From assembly GCF_964355755.1 (NCBI RefSeq), contig NC_092672.1:35656437-35720436 (forward strand): a DNA stretch of 64,000 nt, read 5' to 3'. The notes under the pieces were generated by a model. The model was given only the letters and a program-made list of their open reading frames with translations. It was not told the DNA's origin and did not search any database. A program made the translations under genes and the position numbers. The stretch's first letter is position 1. Every line of letters begins with the position of its first letter. Shown piece after piece: positions 51,701 through 64,000 of this stretch. Source of the DNA: Antedon mediterranea. Taxonomy: Eukaryota > Animalia > Echinodermata.

Positions 51701-52443
51701 GAAGTGCTGATCTGAACCTAAGCCTTATTAATACATCTTATTTTGCATTGTAAATTTCATTACTTTTTTAGTCCCATATAGGTAGAAATACAAACCTTTG
51801 TTGCTGGGTGGTTTTTAACGGCAGCAGCACTAACCCTTTTTGGTTTTTTTCGTGACGCATTTCCATCTTTAGATTTCTTTTTTCTTTCTGTAACTTTGTA
51901 AATAATTACAGTAATTGATTTGATTACTCAATGCATTATCAACTGAGTGATAAGACCTTTTTTTGAGAAGTTGAACTAATAATAATGTACGCCACCAAAT
52001 TGTCTAAAAAATATTAATTAAATAATTTTTACATAATTATACTAAAACATTTTTAATAGGCCTAGGTATGTGACTATGTCTCATAGGCTAGGCCTATAGG
52101 CCCTAGCTAGCTAGGCCCTTTGGCCTTTATGTAGTACTAGCCTAGGCCTAGCCTAGTAGGCGACGCAGAGTACTATAGGCCTGGCTAGCAAAATAAAAGT
52201 TAGTAAGGCCTATCCACTAGGCCTACCTTAGGCCTACTAGCTAGTCCTAGTTAGGCTACCTAGTCGGTGTGTGACCCCGAAACGGCCACCGACTGAAACG
52301 GTCTAACAAACTGAAAAGGCCTAGCCGGCCTAGCCTAGGCCTAGCTAGCCTAGAGGCCTTACTTAACTTGTTTGCTAATATATAATAATATTCAAGCTAC
52401 CTTTACTGACATCTGTAATGTTACTACGTGCAGTTGGTTTCAT
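45714..52443 (-). CDS. CENPQ: Centromere protein Q-like; exons 52443-52401, 51887-51796, 50730-50573, 49526-49455, 48940-48871, 47873-47797, 47430-47352, 47195-47118, 45827-45714 (260 aa)
   Basis: Nine GT-AG exons sum to 783 nt with matching phases. Basic N-terminus, WKVMTKASQEQIITILDSVISCVL, QEIQAQLGQLKQRIMRNLTSLKVPP, coiled coil, LGLPPLP. Colinear with vertebrate CENP-Q motifs as I recall them (WQPLS...ESVI...EIQYHL...LKVPP...LSLPEL). Confidence 0.8.
46069..46227. mobile_element. MITE with TIR AGCTCTGTCTACACTATCAAA, TAA TSD and internal 21-bp repeats (PIF/Harbinger Tourist-like); about 15 copies in the window
   Basis: TAA-AGCTCTGTCTACAC...AGACAGAGCT-TAA. Related copies near 344, 14823, 24600, 31290, 41948, 42342, 42953, 48094, 54355, 57412, 57830, 59616, 59954 and 60698. 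Confidence 0.85.
46345..46936 (-). repeat. Second 68-bp tandem array (about 8 copies) with the same leader, inverted relative to 40371-41146
   Basis: Reverse complement of the unit and of the leader GCTCTGCTAA...GATTTAGCTTTTCGC. Confidence 0.95.
48094..48806. repeat. About 136-bp tandem repeat (5 copies) built from the Tourist-like MITE right half plus flank
   Basis: GACTACTAAT recurs at 48231, 48367, 48500, 48636 and 48772. Confidence 0.92.
49200..49440. repeat. Old dispersed repeat, second copy at about 55965-56150
   Basis: Shared blocks AGTCCTTTGATCTTATGTC, ACAAATACCAACAGTACTGTACT and CACAGATAAACCCTTTGATCTCCG. Confidence 0.7.
50755..51090. repeat. About 24-bp tandem repeat (CTAAATATGTGAGATTTTCAATGC)n
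   Basis: Direct reading; source of the PKYVRFSM spurious ORF. Confidence 0.9.
51121..51682. mobile_element. Non-autonomous DNA element with inverted subterminal repeats (GGGACGATTCGGCCC)n; related remnant at about 30200-30475
   Basis: About 3 direct units on the left and about 6 inverted units on the right, ending CGTCCCGTTACC. Confidence 0.7.
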
Positions 52444-54072
52444 TTTGATGTTGTCAATTATTTAAATTTGTTTTTACCGCTAATTTTCTTATCTACTCTC
52501 CATCTTTCAACAATTGGCTGAGCAGTATATACTCCCTCTCTCGTTTTAGCTCCGATTCTGCAATCTAAATTTGGGCGAATGGTGGCGCTATTCAAATTAT
52601 ACCAAGAACATATCCAACTTATTATTAGTCTATAAAATAAGCTCAGGTTTGTATTCAAATTTCTATTTTATTTATTGCAATTTATGCATTATCATTATTA
52701 TTTTTTTAATTAAATATTAATAGCAACATATTTGAACAACAATATTTTGTGTCATTTTTTATTTCAAAGCATATAACTGACATAACAACATCATCAAATT
52801 GTCAATTGACCCAGAACCAGGGAGTTGTTTTTAAGTTTTAACAACTCCCTCCCTGGCCAACACTACCCTTCTTTACATCTATTATTTCTCAAACACAAAT
52901 ATAATTTGTAAACATTAGAAATATAATGGATAAACAGAAACCTTTTTTAATAAGTCTATTACCTATCTCAAGTAAAACTTTTCAACAATTAACAAAATGT
53001 TTTCCTCATGGATAAAAATGAACATAAAAAGTAAAAATATTTAACATTAGTAATATTTCATTCTTACTACACACAAACATACTGACCTCCAGAACTGTTT
53101 TTTTTGTTTATATATTTTAAAATATGTAATTATGTATTGCCAAAAGAAAATCAAATTTTCTGATACTTGACCAATAAAGAATCGTGATTCTTGACATAAT
53201 GATAGTCAGTGCAACATTTACTTTCAAGCACTATTATGATTTAACAGTTAAGTTACCCTCATTAATTTCTATCTTGGGTCCCATACTTTACTCCCTTAAA
53301 AGTGCAGAAAAATATGTTGTACTCATAATTATATTTCTATACTATTTTTTTTCACTCCTTAAGGTAATGTGAACTACCATTTATGGTAGAAAATATGAAA
53401 AGAAAAAATACATGGGCCGGTTTGCGGCCAACGACGTTCGTAGTAATACACAGTACTTTCAAAACATAAGCATGGCAACTAAACAAAGTTAAAAATCCTC
53501 TTTATTGGGAGGAAAATACAATTGCACCATTTTTCTTTCTTTTGAAGATCCTCTTTTTATATCCTCTTTAAGAATTGTACACATATACCCTATGCTGTCT
53601 TATTTCTCCAGTATTGTTGTGATGTTTATCTGTTTATCATTAAATTGTTGTTTTCTTGCACATAAATATGTATTTATATTATCATCATGTTTTTGGTAAT
53701 TAATATGTACATTATAAACGTCCAAGTGGACCATACAAAGAAACAATCTTTAAAATGAAATAAAAAAATAATATTAAAGTACCAATATACTCAATTATTT
53801 TTTGTTTGTTTTCTTAGTGAGTTTAATTTCTCACTAAATCATAACCACACTGGCAATATCAATAACTTAGTTACTACGGGGTGCAACTAAGATATTATTG
53901 TTGTCCATTTCAGATAGTGATGATACAGCCATTTATCCTAAATGTGTAAAACACAAGCAAGAACATTAGGCTCGAAGCGCCCTCACATTTAAGCAACGTT
54001 TAGCAAGTTCAAAGACTGTGTCATCAAGCCATTCGTCTCCATAAAACTAGAAGCCTTTTGATTGGTCTCTCA

Positions 54073-57000
54073 TCATACGTCTTCAGGGACGGTGCTCAGT
54101 GATTGGGTAGGTTGATGCATCAGTGGTTCGCCCAATTCAAGCTCAGCATCGAGTTGTTCAGAGCGCAGCTTTCTTGCTAACCACCACATGTAAATTGGAA
54201 GCCCATAACACAGCACAGTGATTACAAACAGTCCAACATTAACCTATGAAAACAAACAAAGTTTTTTATTATATTTATTAATATTATTATTTATTATTTT
54301 ATTATTATTATGAATATGTGTATCAAATTTTCAAAGGATTGTACAACAAATATAAAGCTCTGTCTACACTATCAAACTAGTTTGACAAAAAAAGTGTGAT
54401 GTGCCCATGGTAGTGATATGCTATATGGTAGTGATATGACATCATCATGTCCATATATGGGCACATTACAGTTTTTTGTCACATAAAGTTTGATAGTGTA
54501 GACAGAGCGCAAGAGACAGAATCAAACATTTAAATTAATTGTTATGACATCTAAAAAATATCCTACACTACAGAATAACAGTACACACACAAATATCTCT
54601 ACATTATTTCTATTCTACACGATTCCAATTTTTCTCAGTCAATTGACCTGTTGTAGTCTGACCTCTTTCTTTTTTTGACACTTGAACAAACTTTTTAATT
54701 CGCATCATATTCAAACACAATCCCTTTGTTTTGCTTAGGAAGTTAGTTAAATTCCTTTTACAAGGTCACTATTTCAAAATACAAATACCGCCCACCATAA
54801 AACAACTACAACAAAATGAAATACTAAGGAATTGTTCTATGATTAAATGATACCACCATATTGCATTTGTGCAATATTAAGTAATATACTAAATGTGGAA
54901 CCTTTACACACAATACTAAAGAAAGATAGAAGAGTAAATATAAAATAAAGCTTGGTTCCCACTAGGACACAATGAAGAAAGTAAGTGAAACGCAGGCAGG
55001 TTGACCAATGACAAGAGACAGTTTAGATAACCCACCGCTTGTGGTTGGTCAAATTACTTGCGGTGTGCTTACGTGTCCTAGTGATAACCAAACTTTAACT
55101 AAAGGTCATGCTACTACTACAGTTAAGTTTAAATATTTTCAAAGAAATCAGTACAAATTGTATTGATTGACTTCAATTTGGTTCTTTGCCAATAAAATGT
55201 ATTACACTTAACACCACAAAACAGCTTAGAATATCAACAATCAACAAGGAGTATTAATGAGACATGGTACAAAGATACGTAAATAAACACACAAAACTAG
55301 CATTGATAAATTCCCACCTTCTGCATTTTTGAAAACATCATGGAAGAAAGCAGAAGGTTTGAAAGAAAACATGGTGTTAAAATTGTAATTGTTTAAATAA
55401 TATAATTTAGTTGTTATATTTAAACAATTCTGTAATATGGTATTCAAAATGCAATAGATTCTCTGTATTAGGTATAACAATCAGTGCATTAAGGGTACAG
55501 ATATATGAATTTTAAAAAGTAGGGTGGAGAGATAAAGCAGTGATTTTCATCCCTGGTATTTTGTTCCCCTAAAACATTTCTTTTTTATGTTTTTTTTAAA
55601 TAAATTAAAACTGTGAAATGGCCTGTTCAAAGTCTATTTTTTTTATTAATCTTCAATTTTCATGTTTTTGGGGGACAATACATCTTTATATGTTTATAAC
55701 TAATTGAACTTACCACAAAAGGATTTGATTCTAAGGGTCCTTCAATGGCAACAAAGATGGGATATTGCAAGAGAGTGGCACAGGCTGACACCAGGGACTG
55801 CAGACCAACAAGGCTTCCTATTTGATTGGCAGGATATCTGCAAAGAAAACAGCAATAGTTGTGTTATAACGTTATACATTATTACAACAATGGTAGTACT
55901 TGGAAATCCTATGATTACAGCAATACACCCATTGGAGCTGTTGCTCAACCAAAGGCAATCTAACAAAAGGAACTTGTAACAGTCCTTTGATCTTATGTCT
56001 GGCTGCCACAAATACCAACAGTACTGTACTGTGTACATATTCTCCTCAGCGTCCAGTGTCTGGTTAGGGGCTTGGAACTGATTGTGTCGTGGTCACAGAT
56101 AAACCCTTTGATCTCCGAAGCTCAGCATTCTGTTGTTAAACTTCCTTGCTCTCCCTGTCATTATTAACCATTTTCAACCCACTGAATGGTAAAGGACTCT
56201 CCATAAGTCTGAAAATGTTCTGTTAAACCATTTCCTTGGGTAATTTTACCATGCGTCTTCCTTAGTGCCTTGTTATCCATTCAGTGACAGTATTTATCCA
56301 TTTACAATCTACCATACTAAAACATTTAACTTAAGACTTACGAGAAATTAATAAATGTTCTTGTACTTACGTAATTGCATAAAGGCCACACACAGCACTA
56401 TGGATGAAACCTCTGACGACTGTATGCAAAAGAAAACTGAGAATCTAAAAGATAAAGTCATCAATTTAAATTAATTTAACACTCTGGTTATATTATTATA
56501 GATAAGGGAATGTAATAATTATAACTAGAACTTAATTCGTCACTTTGACGAATTATAGGTGATCATTTTTATCATTTTACTGAAATTAATTTTTTTTTTA
56601 ATTGCACGTACGTAACAAACGATCGGAAAATGTTGATGTATGGCATCCTATTATACGCTTATAGTGCTGAGTTGTGCCTATTATATGCCATATATAATAT
56701 GTACAGTATATAATGTATATCTATATACAGTGTAGCATAGGTGAAATTACGGGACACTTCTTCTAATTTTTTTTGGAATAATTATAATAAATAAAATGTA
56801 TGGTCCTGTGTTTTGGTTAATTTAAGGGTTTTAAGTAAATTCTATGATAATAAACTTTAATAAATAATATTGAGATTGAAACCAGTCCTCTGTTGGGACG
56901 GTGATTTGGGACACGAGAGACTCAGGGGTAGAACTGAAAAACTAAAATACTAACCTGAAGAACAATGTTTGGAATTAGTACTGTCACACCGAAGACCATG

Positions 57001-60000
57001 AGTAGAGTCGTCGTAATTGCAAACGCAACTGCAGCATTTTTTAATTTCCTAATCTTGAGCGAAGGTGGTGGGTTGAATCCATCATAGAGGATATCTTCTG
57101 ACGTCGTACTGAATTTGCGCAAGAATCCAAGAGACACGCGTCGCTGAGATGATACAGAACCGCGTTTGTCTTTTGAAATCGAGGCACGTTTTTCATGAGA
57201 GACGGATCCCCGCTTTTCAGAGCATGTTGAAGCCCGTCTGTCATATGACTGTCGTCTTTCGCGTTTGTCACACTTCTCTTGCTCGAGGGCAGCCTTGATT
57301 TTCCAATCCATGACGTAGCCAATCACAGGACTGCTGAGAAGGCATAGCAGCTGCATCATTCCGAATACGTTGATGTAATTGTTTACTGAAAAGACAAACA
57401 CAACAAATGTTAAGCTCTGTCTACACTATCAAACTGCCATATTTTGGCACATCACACTTTTTTGTGTGAGCTTTACACTTTTCCTAGACAGACAGTAGAC
57501 AGTAGTATACATTCTGTGTATAAGAATATATATGGAAGGCCAAAGTGGTAAAAGATAATAGATTAACAATGAAAACATTTTTTTTTATTTCTCTAATATG
57601 GTCTTATTTACCTACGACTGTGTTATCACCAACAAGACGTTCAAGTAGCTGAGAGATGGAGCCGATGAAGAACAGAAGACGGAGTTGGACAATGCACAAT
57701 ACCAACACACTTAACATGTAGATGGGGCTAAACACAGACTTCAGGAAGCTCTTATCGCCTTCCTTAGCATCGCCTTCTAACTTCACTTCCAGGTGTAATC
57801 TGCAGGTAAAAATGGTAAGTCATTGTTTTTAAAGCCTTGTCTACACTATCTTTAATATCACTACCATATTTGGGCACTTTTTTTTGTCAAACTAGTTTTA
57901 TAGTGCTTTATACAGTAATCTTTATGTGAATCTTTTACATCTTTTATGCAATGGATGCTAGCAGCAGACAATGAAATTACCCCTCTTTATCTAATCATAG
58001 TTTCTATTGTTTAATTATTAATTATTTCTTAATGATATGTTTGATTGAACTCTCTTGCTGAGATGCTGTGATGAGAAGAAAAATTAATTCTTACTGTGAA
58101 GAATAATGCGGTTTTCCGTTTCTCATTTCTAGTTTAATTTCTTCAATATCCTTCTCTTTCTTAACCTGACCTCCGAAAGGTTGATCAAAGCTGCTGACGT
58201 TGGAATAGAACCCTTTGCCGGGTGGTAGGAACACGTTGTCCGTGTCGAGACTAAGGCGTCGACCGACCGTGGTCACATGCTTCTCAAATTTCTTTCCACT
58301 AATACGATGATTAAAACTCAGCATGTGCCAGTTCATACTGAAAATAAACAAAAATTATAAATGAATTTGCTTTTTGAAGAGGAGCGGGAGGGTTAGGGTA
58401 GAGGGAGGGGAGAGGGAGAGTGGGGTTGGCCCAGGAGCACTACATTTCAACATTTTTAACCCATGTGTTGTTTTTTTAGCCCATGGGCTACAACTTGTTT
58501 GCAACGTTTGGCGTTGTAAACAAAGTGATTTTATGGAAACCATGTGTAGTTTAAACTTACCCAGTATTTCCCTCTGGATCTGGAATGGGTTCAACAGGTA
58601 CATTGATCCAACAGTTAATAGGTATAAATAAGGTACATACAGCCACACCCAGGAACATCATCTGCCGGCTCACACCAACGTCGTACAATCCCTATTGAAA
58701 GATAGTATAAATGAAAGTTTGTATGTTTGGGGGAAAATTGTTCTGGAGGTAGTTGGGGAAGGGGGGAATGTTGCCATAGAAGAGAGAATTTCAATTTAAA
58801 CTTTCCAAATGTAGTTATATTTAAGCACTTGTTGAAATCATTTCAGTAAATGATTATACCTGTACATAGATGTTATAAATAAATTTATCTTGTTAGTTAT
58901 AATTATTTGGTTTTTTCTTTGTTTTATTTATTTGTTTTTTAACATGATAATTGTGATTGTGCTTGCCTTTTGTGTATTTTTTGAACGTTTTTATGAAATT
59001 GTATTACCTCAACCAAATGAACTTTGACATAATAAAGTTTTAATGTATTGCATAGTATTTACTTGTTTTTTCTTAGATGTTTTTCTTAAATTAAAGTTTC
59101 ATGTTTGTCTCATTAATGTTTGTTTTGGTTTGTAAAACGAAAATAATGTGTTTTAAATAGTTTAAACACAAACACATATTCTCTGAATTAAAAACATAAT
59201 TTTGAATTGAAAACATTACAATATGTTTTGTTTTCTCTTTGTTTTCTAGTGATCGCAGAACGTGACTGTCTGCCAAATTATCACTCTCCTCCATCACACA
59301 CAACGTGTTAAATATGACAAGTAATACAAGAAAAATGAACTTGACAAAGTTCCAGTGCAAGATTTAAAGTTTGCTGGCAGCCTTCGGGGTTAACGGCTCA
59401 ACAGGTGTTGTGGATACATTATTACATTGTTGCAGTTAACGTACCTTGAGGATCATGAACAGGATGGCGGCTGAGGCGTATGACCCGATATTGAGACTGA
59501 TGACGGTGGACCTTTTGGCAGGGAATAAGTTAGCAATCTGAAACAAATTAGTACCTGAGGTAAAGTTTGTTGACCTCTATCAACCGTAATATCATAAAAT
59601 AAAAATGTTATTACAGCTCTGTCTACACTATCAAACTAGTTTGACAAAAAAAGTGTGATGTGCCCAAATATGGTAGAAATATGACATTATTATGTCCATA
59701 TATTTTTGTCACATAAATTTTGATAGTGTACTGTAGAGAGAGCCTTAAACAAAACCAATTAATGTTGGAATGAAATTTAGAAGAATGCAAACTATCTGTA
59801 AGATATTTTCCCAAAAGATCGTAAAATCAAAACAGTATTAATGGGTATGACGAACTAGCCTTTATGTTCCTAAACTATTCCAAACAATAGCAGTTCTATT
59901 GCTGTATTAATAAATGTTTGTACTGTACTTGAAAATACAATGTCCAAACTGTAAAGCTCTGTCTACACTATTAAACGTTATGTGACCAAACAATGTGATA

Positions 60001-62446
60001 TATCATGATGATATCATATCAATACCATATTTAGGCACACCACTACCATATTTAGGCACATCACTACCATATTTAGGCACATCACTACCATATTTAGGCA
60101 CATCACCACCATATTTAGGCACAACACTACCATATTTAGGCACACCACTACCATATGTAGGCATATCACTACCATATTTAGGCACATCACTACAATACTT
60201 GGGCACATTACATTTTTTTGTAAAATACTAGTGAATTAAAACCAGTAAAAAATAAGGTTTTTGAAACAAATTACTTAAAATAAAAGAATGAATAAGACCT
60301 ACAATCTACACACTCCATTTCTAAATTTGACCAAAAACCACCCTGAGGGAAAACTAAATGTATCGTCTATGAATGGTATGTAAGTTGGTTCACCTTTAGT
60401 TATTACCCGGTTCGCTTAAAATCTACTTAAGTTACGACCCTTTCTACCTCATCTGTCTGTAATCCACTTCTAGCTTAATTACGGACAGATGTAGAAACTT
60501 TTCTGAGTATCATAGGTGAACCTTCTCGTCGGTGCCATGGCTCATTTGGTATAACAATTTTGAAACAGATCACGTTGTCAGCAGCGCAACCGTACATTTA
60601 AAACGATCACGTTCTGTCTACCATTCATCTGTTTCATTGTCTATTTTTACAAACGGTCTTTAAAATGTAATTCTAATTCTAAAGTTACATGACTTCTAAA
60701 GCTCTGTCCACACTATCACACTATCAAATGTGACAAAAAATTCCATCATTCTTCATTTTTTTACCTGGAATGATGTGAAGGTAGTGATAATTCCTCCAAC
60801 GCCGTTGAAAGCGACCGCTGGGAAGAGTAACCATGACGACGTCTCTACATCGGCAAACCCGAATAAAATGCATGAGAAAGCAAACATAAGACTGAAAAGA
60901 TAAAAGAATTTACCTTAAAATAAATGTGAATTTACAACATTATCTCATCATTTTAGACCAATTGAATATAAATTCCATGAACATATATAAACTACAGTTG
61001 TTGTTCGAAATATAAATATTTCTTCAGTACACAGCAATGATTTATTATACTAGTGTTTATAAACCCTCTGTGAATAACAGCAAACCGATCTTTATTATTG
61101 AATTTACATCTTGTTCAACATGTCCTGTAAATTTTCTTGGAAACTTTCATCTTTTATAATCCAAACTACGTCAGAGAAAATTGATTTAAAAATGTGCAAA
61201 TATTTTGCTTTGCCGTAAGTGTAAACCTATTTGAACCTCTTTTCCTATTCTGGCATAATTGACACTTTATATTTATAATTCCCGTGAAAATTATCTTATA
61301 ATTTTTTCGTTATATAACAAAGGATGAGTTAGTATCATGGAATATTCTACTAACAGTCACTCAACTTTGATCATACTATTTATCCAAGTTCAAAGGTCAT
61401 GTTCGATTAACAAACAATGCGTTTCATGAAAGATCTGATTGTCCTTTGTTTGCGGAGATCAAACTTCAAATTCTCAATTATTATTTATTTATCTTGATAG
61501 ATAAAGAGAATTACGCATAGTTATTTTTTTACCTTTGGGGATTTTTGTTAAAAAATATTTACTGGTTGGGATTTTACCATTTAACTTTTGCAGTTAGGGG
61601 GAGGGGGGGGGCAATATCAGCAGTGTGGTCATGTTACAAGAGTTGTAAAAACAATAGATTATTTATTTATTTATTCAAGATCCAACAGTGTAAAGAAAAA
61701 CACTCAAAAACAGTTATTATCTGATAAAACTCCTAGAAAGTAGGAAGCCCTTTGCCATTTTTCCTCTGGTCAAATCTTTCAATTTTATCTTCCAACAACA
61801 GGGGCAATGGATCAATCAATCAAAATCAATTTATTCCATAAAACTAAGGATGTACAAATATGTCATCAAAAAGTTCTGGAAAAGGGAACTCAAAATAAGC
61901 AAAGCTTTTAAGCCGAGACCCTTACAAAAAAAAAACAATAAGGTAATAAGAAGTTATTATATCCAGAACAAATTACTTAAGAACATGATAAATAGAGAAG
62001 TTGAAATTAAGATAAGGGAGGTGAGAGAGTGTGTACAATCTTTTTCAAGGTGGCTTCCTCGTTTTTTATTTGTTGTTTGTTGACCGTTATATTTGTGACC
62101 ATATGTTAATATGAATTATTATTTCCACTGGATGACTAAGAATGAAAAAAAAGTCACTCAATTCACCTTCCGACCATCCTGAGGTAACGGCATCCTATTT
62201 TATCCATGACCATTCCAATAGGAAATGTAAGGCCGCTTAGTAAAAACGATCCCACTGTGAATGCAAGGTTTAACTTCTCGTCTTGCTCCCGACACCCTAT
62301 TACATATATATCAATATCAGATTGCATGGTTGTTACTGGTGTTGATGCCGCCGTAGTCGTCGTATAATCCGTATATATATATGTCCCATTTTCCCAATAT
62401 GTACTGGTTTCTGTTGTATTTTCATTGTCCATTAGTGTTTCGTCTC
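54073..62446 (-). CDS. SLC43A2: SLC43A family (LAT3/LAT4-type) amino-acid transporter, 5'-partial; exons 62446-62167, 60891-60765, 59537-59445, 58691-58561, 58337-58095, 57799-57612, 57385-56955, 56444-56371, 55837-55714, 54243-54073
   Basis: [113 protein letters not shown]. Assignment to SLC43A1 versus SLC43A2 cannot be resolved by eye. Confidence 0.9.
60020..60210. repeat. Expanded 21-bp repeat (CCATATTTAGGCACATCACTA)n inside a Tourist-like MITE
   Basis: About 9 units, against 1-4 in other copies. Confidence 0.9.
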
Positions 62447-64000
62447 CTTGGGAAAAAACAAGAATTTATAAATTTTAGGTCATAACATTTCAATAATTGA
62501 TGATTGATACATACAAATATGAAAAAAATTACAGAGGGTGGATGGAAAAGATGTGATACGTGCACGAGTGTGTACCTGGCTGGGTCACACTAATCGGTTT
62601 GAAAGGTCAAGTGAATTTTGGATTACCCCTCTAATCTTTTTAATATTATTGCACTCTTTCGGACACTCAACCTTTTTATGCACAATCTATCATTTCCTTT
62701 CTTCTTTCTTTTCCAATATGTTTTTATCTTATTTATTTTTCTTCAAAATGTTGACATACATTGTCAGGGCCGTAGCCAGCATGAGGCAGATGAGTCGCTC
62801 GCCTCATCTGTAATTGTTAATTTTCGCCACCCACCCCAATTCCCCTGCACAGATCGTCATATTTTATATAAATAGTTATATTTTTTTGCCTCATCTGTTT
62901 TTAACCTCTCGCTATGGCCTTGATCGTATTGTTTTTCATACTTAATTTAATTTTTTTTTAAATAATAATTAATATTACAATAGATCCATGAATTTAGAAT
63001 CTCTGAAACCTGTAGCAAAGTCTAGAGCCACTTATTAATGCATTTGATTGTGTTTCATTAAACAGTGTTTGTCTATTCTTGTCTAATAATAATATGCAAG
63101 AATCAATGCAATAAATACACATTGAATAACCAATGATCCAACACATAAATAATTAAGGGTAATCAGTTGTAATAATTGTTGTATAACAAATATTATACAG
63201 CAACTAGATTTTCTTTGTTTTCCTTTTTATCCCCAAAATGTGTAATAATATAGTAGGCTCCACCACTTGTCAAAAAGACTGGCATCCATGAAATACCAAT
63301 AATGTTTTTTTATTAACACAAATTTATATTTATAGAAATTTTAATGTATTTAAATGTTTAATAAATTATAACATTACTTTTAAGTACAGAGCAATGATTC
63401 TAGAATTGGCTGAGCTCAGGTGATTTTCAAGCCATCTGATTGGCTGGTTTCATGTATGATAAGTAAACTTTAATGATATGCTGTTGCTAAGCATAAACAG
63501 CTGCAGCTTGGTAATTGTCATCTAAATACTGCAAGCTGATTGGTCACGAAAGGGGGTGTGTATAGAAGGGGTTGAAGTAGAGAGTTAATAAGCTTAAGGT
63601 ATCCCTGAGGTATAACATTTCATGGAAAACTCATGTATATTTTAAAGAATAATAAAACACAGCAAGGCTTGTTTTTTTCTATCAAGGGTTTTAAAAGCTG
63701 CATTATTTCATTTGCAGAATAAAAATTATAAAGTTATTTAGAAATTCTATTTTTATTTTTAAAGAAACAAACACATTTTACTTATCTCAATCACTAAACA
63801 AAAACATAGAACTGAAAATATATTTGAAGAATTGAATACTCTTTTGATGACGACAGAATACTGCACTCTGATTGGCTACTGTATGTATTGTCTGTTAATG
63901 AGGGTATCATTTTAGCTTTTTTCCCAGGTCAGCTTTAGAAACAGCTGATCGGTTGATGCCTTGGTGGTGCCTGGTCATTTGTTTTGAAATTTAAAGACCT

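Noticed and set aside
56523-56565. AACTAGA followed by hairpin AATTCGTCA-CTT-TGACGAATT, a possible Helentron-type end
   Set aside because: No matching opposite terminus could be identified with confidence.
59995-60231. LPYLGTS / PKYGSDV repeat ORFs (also 188-418 and 14828-15028)
   Set aside because: Translations of the MITE-internal 21-bp repeat.
62765-62922. Possible hAT MITE (CAGGGCCGTAGC...GCTATGGCCTTG)
   Set aside because: The TIR is imperfect, no matching 8-bp TSD is visible and there is only one copy in the window.

Overview
AT-rich, intron-rich animal genomic DNA. A deuterostome invertebrate, probably an echinoderm, is my inference from the ST8Sia tandem expansion, a Deu/Nin-type SINE and TAGGCCTA enrichment. 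Genes were reconstructed by hand from GT-AG boundaries and frame continuity: two tandem ST8Sia-type alpha-2,8-sialyltransferases (+, first 5'-truncated by the window edge), TXNDC17 (+), NOC4L (-), an intronless copine/vWA-only membrane-anchored gene (-), an unknown type-I membrane protein with a YxxL plus acidic-cluster tail (+), a 9-exon CENP-Q-like gene barely visible in the ORF track (-), and an SLC43A (LAT3/LAT4-type) transporter (-, 5' end beyond the window). The intergenic and intronic space holds many mobile elements. The main ones are: a 5.6-kb CAGAG-terminated element with an 8-bp TSD carrying an L2-type LINE and a CAAAG-terminated 7-bp-TSD MITE; a self-nested array of the same CAGAG family; a Helentron-like element carrying two tRNA-Val-derived units; several MITE families; and many minisatellites, one of which amplifies a NOC4L exon/5'-splice-site junction about 13 times. 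All assignments are by eye, without database searches.
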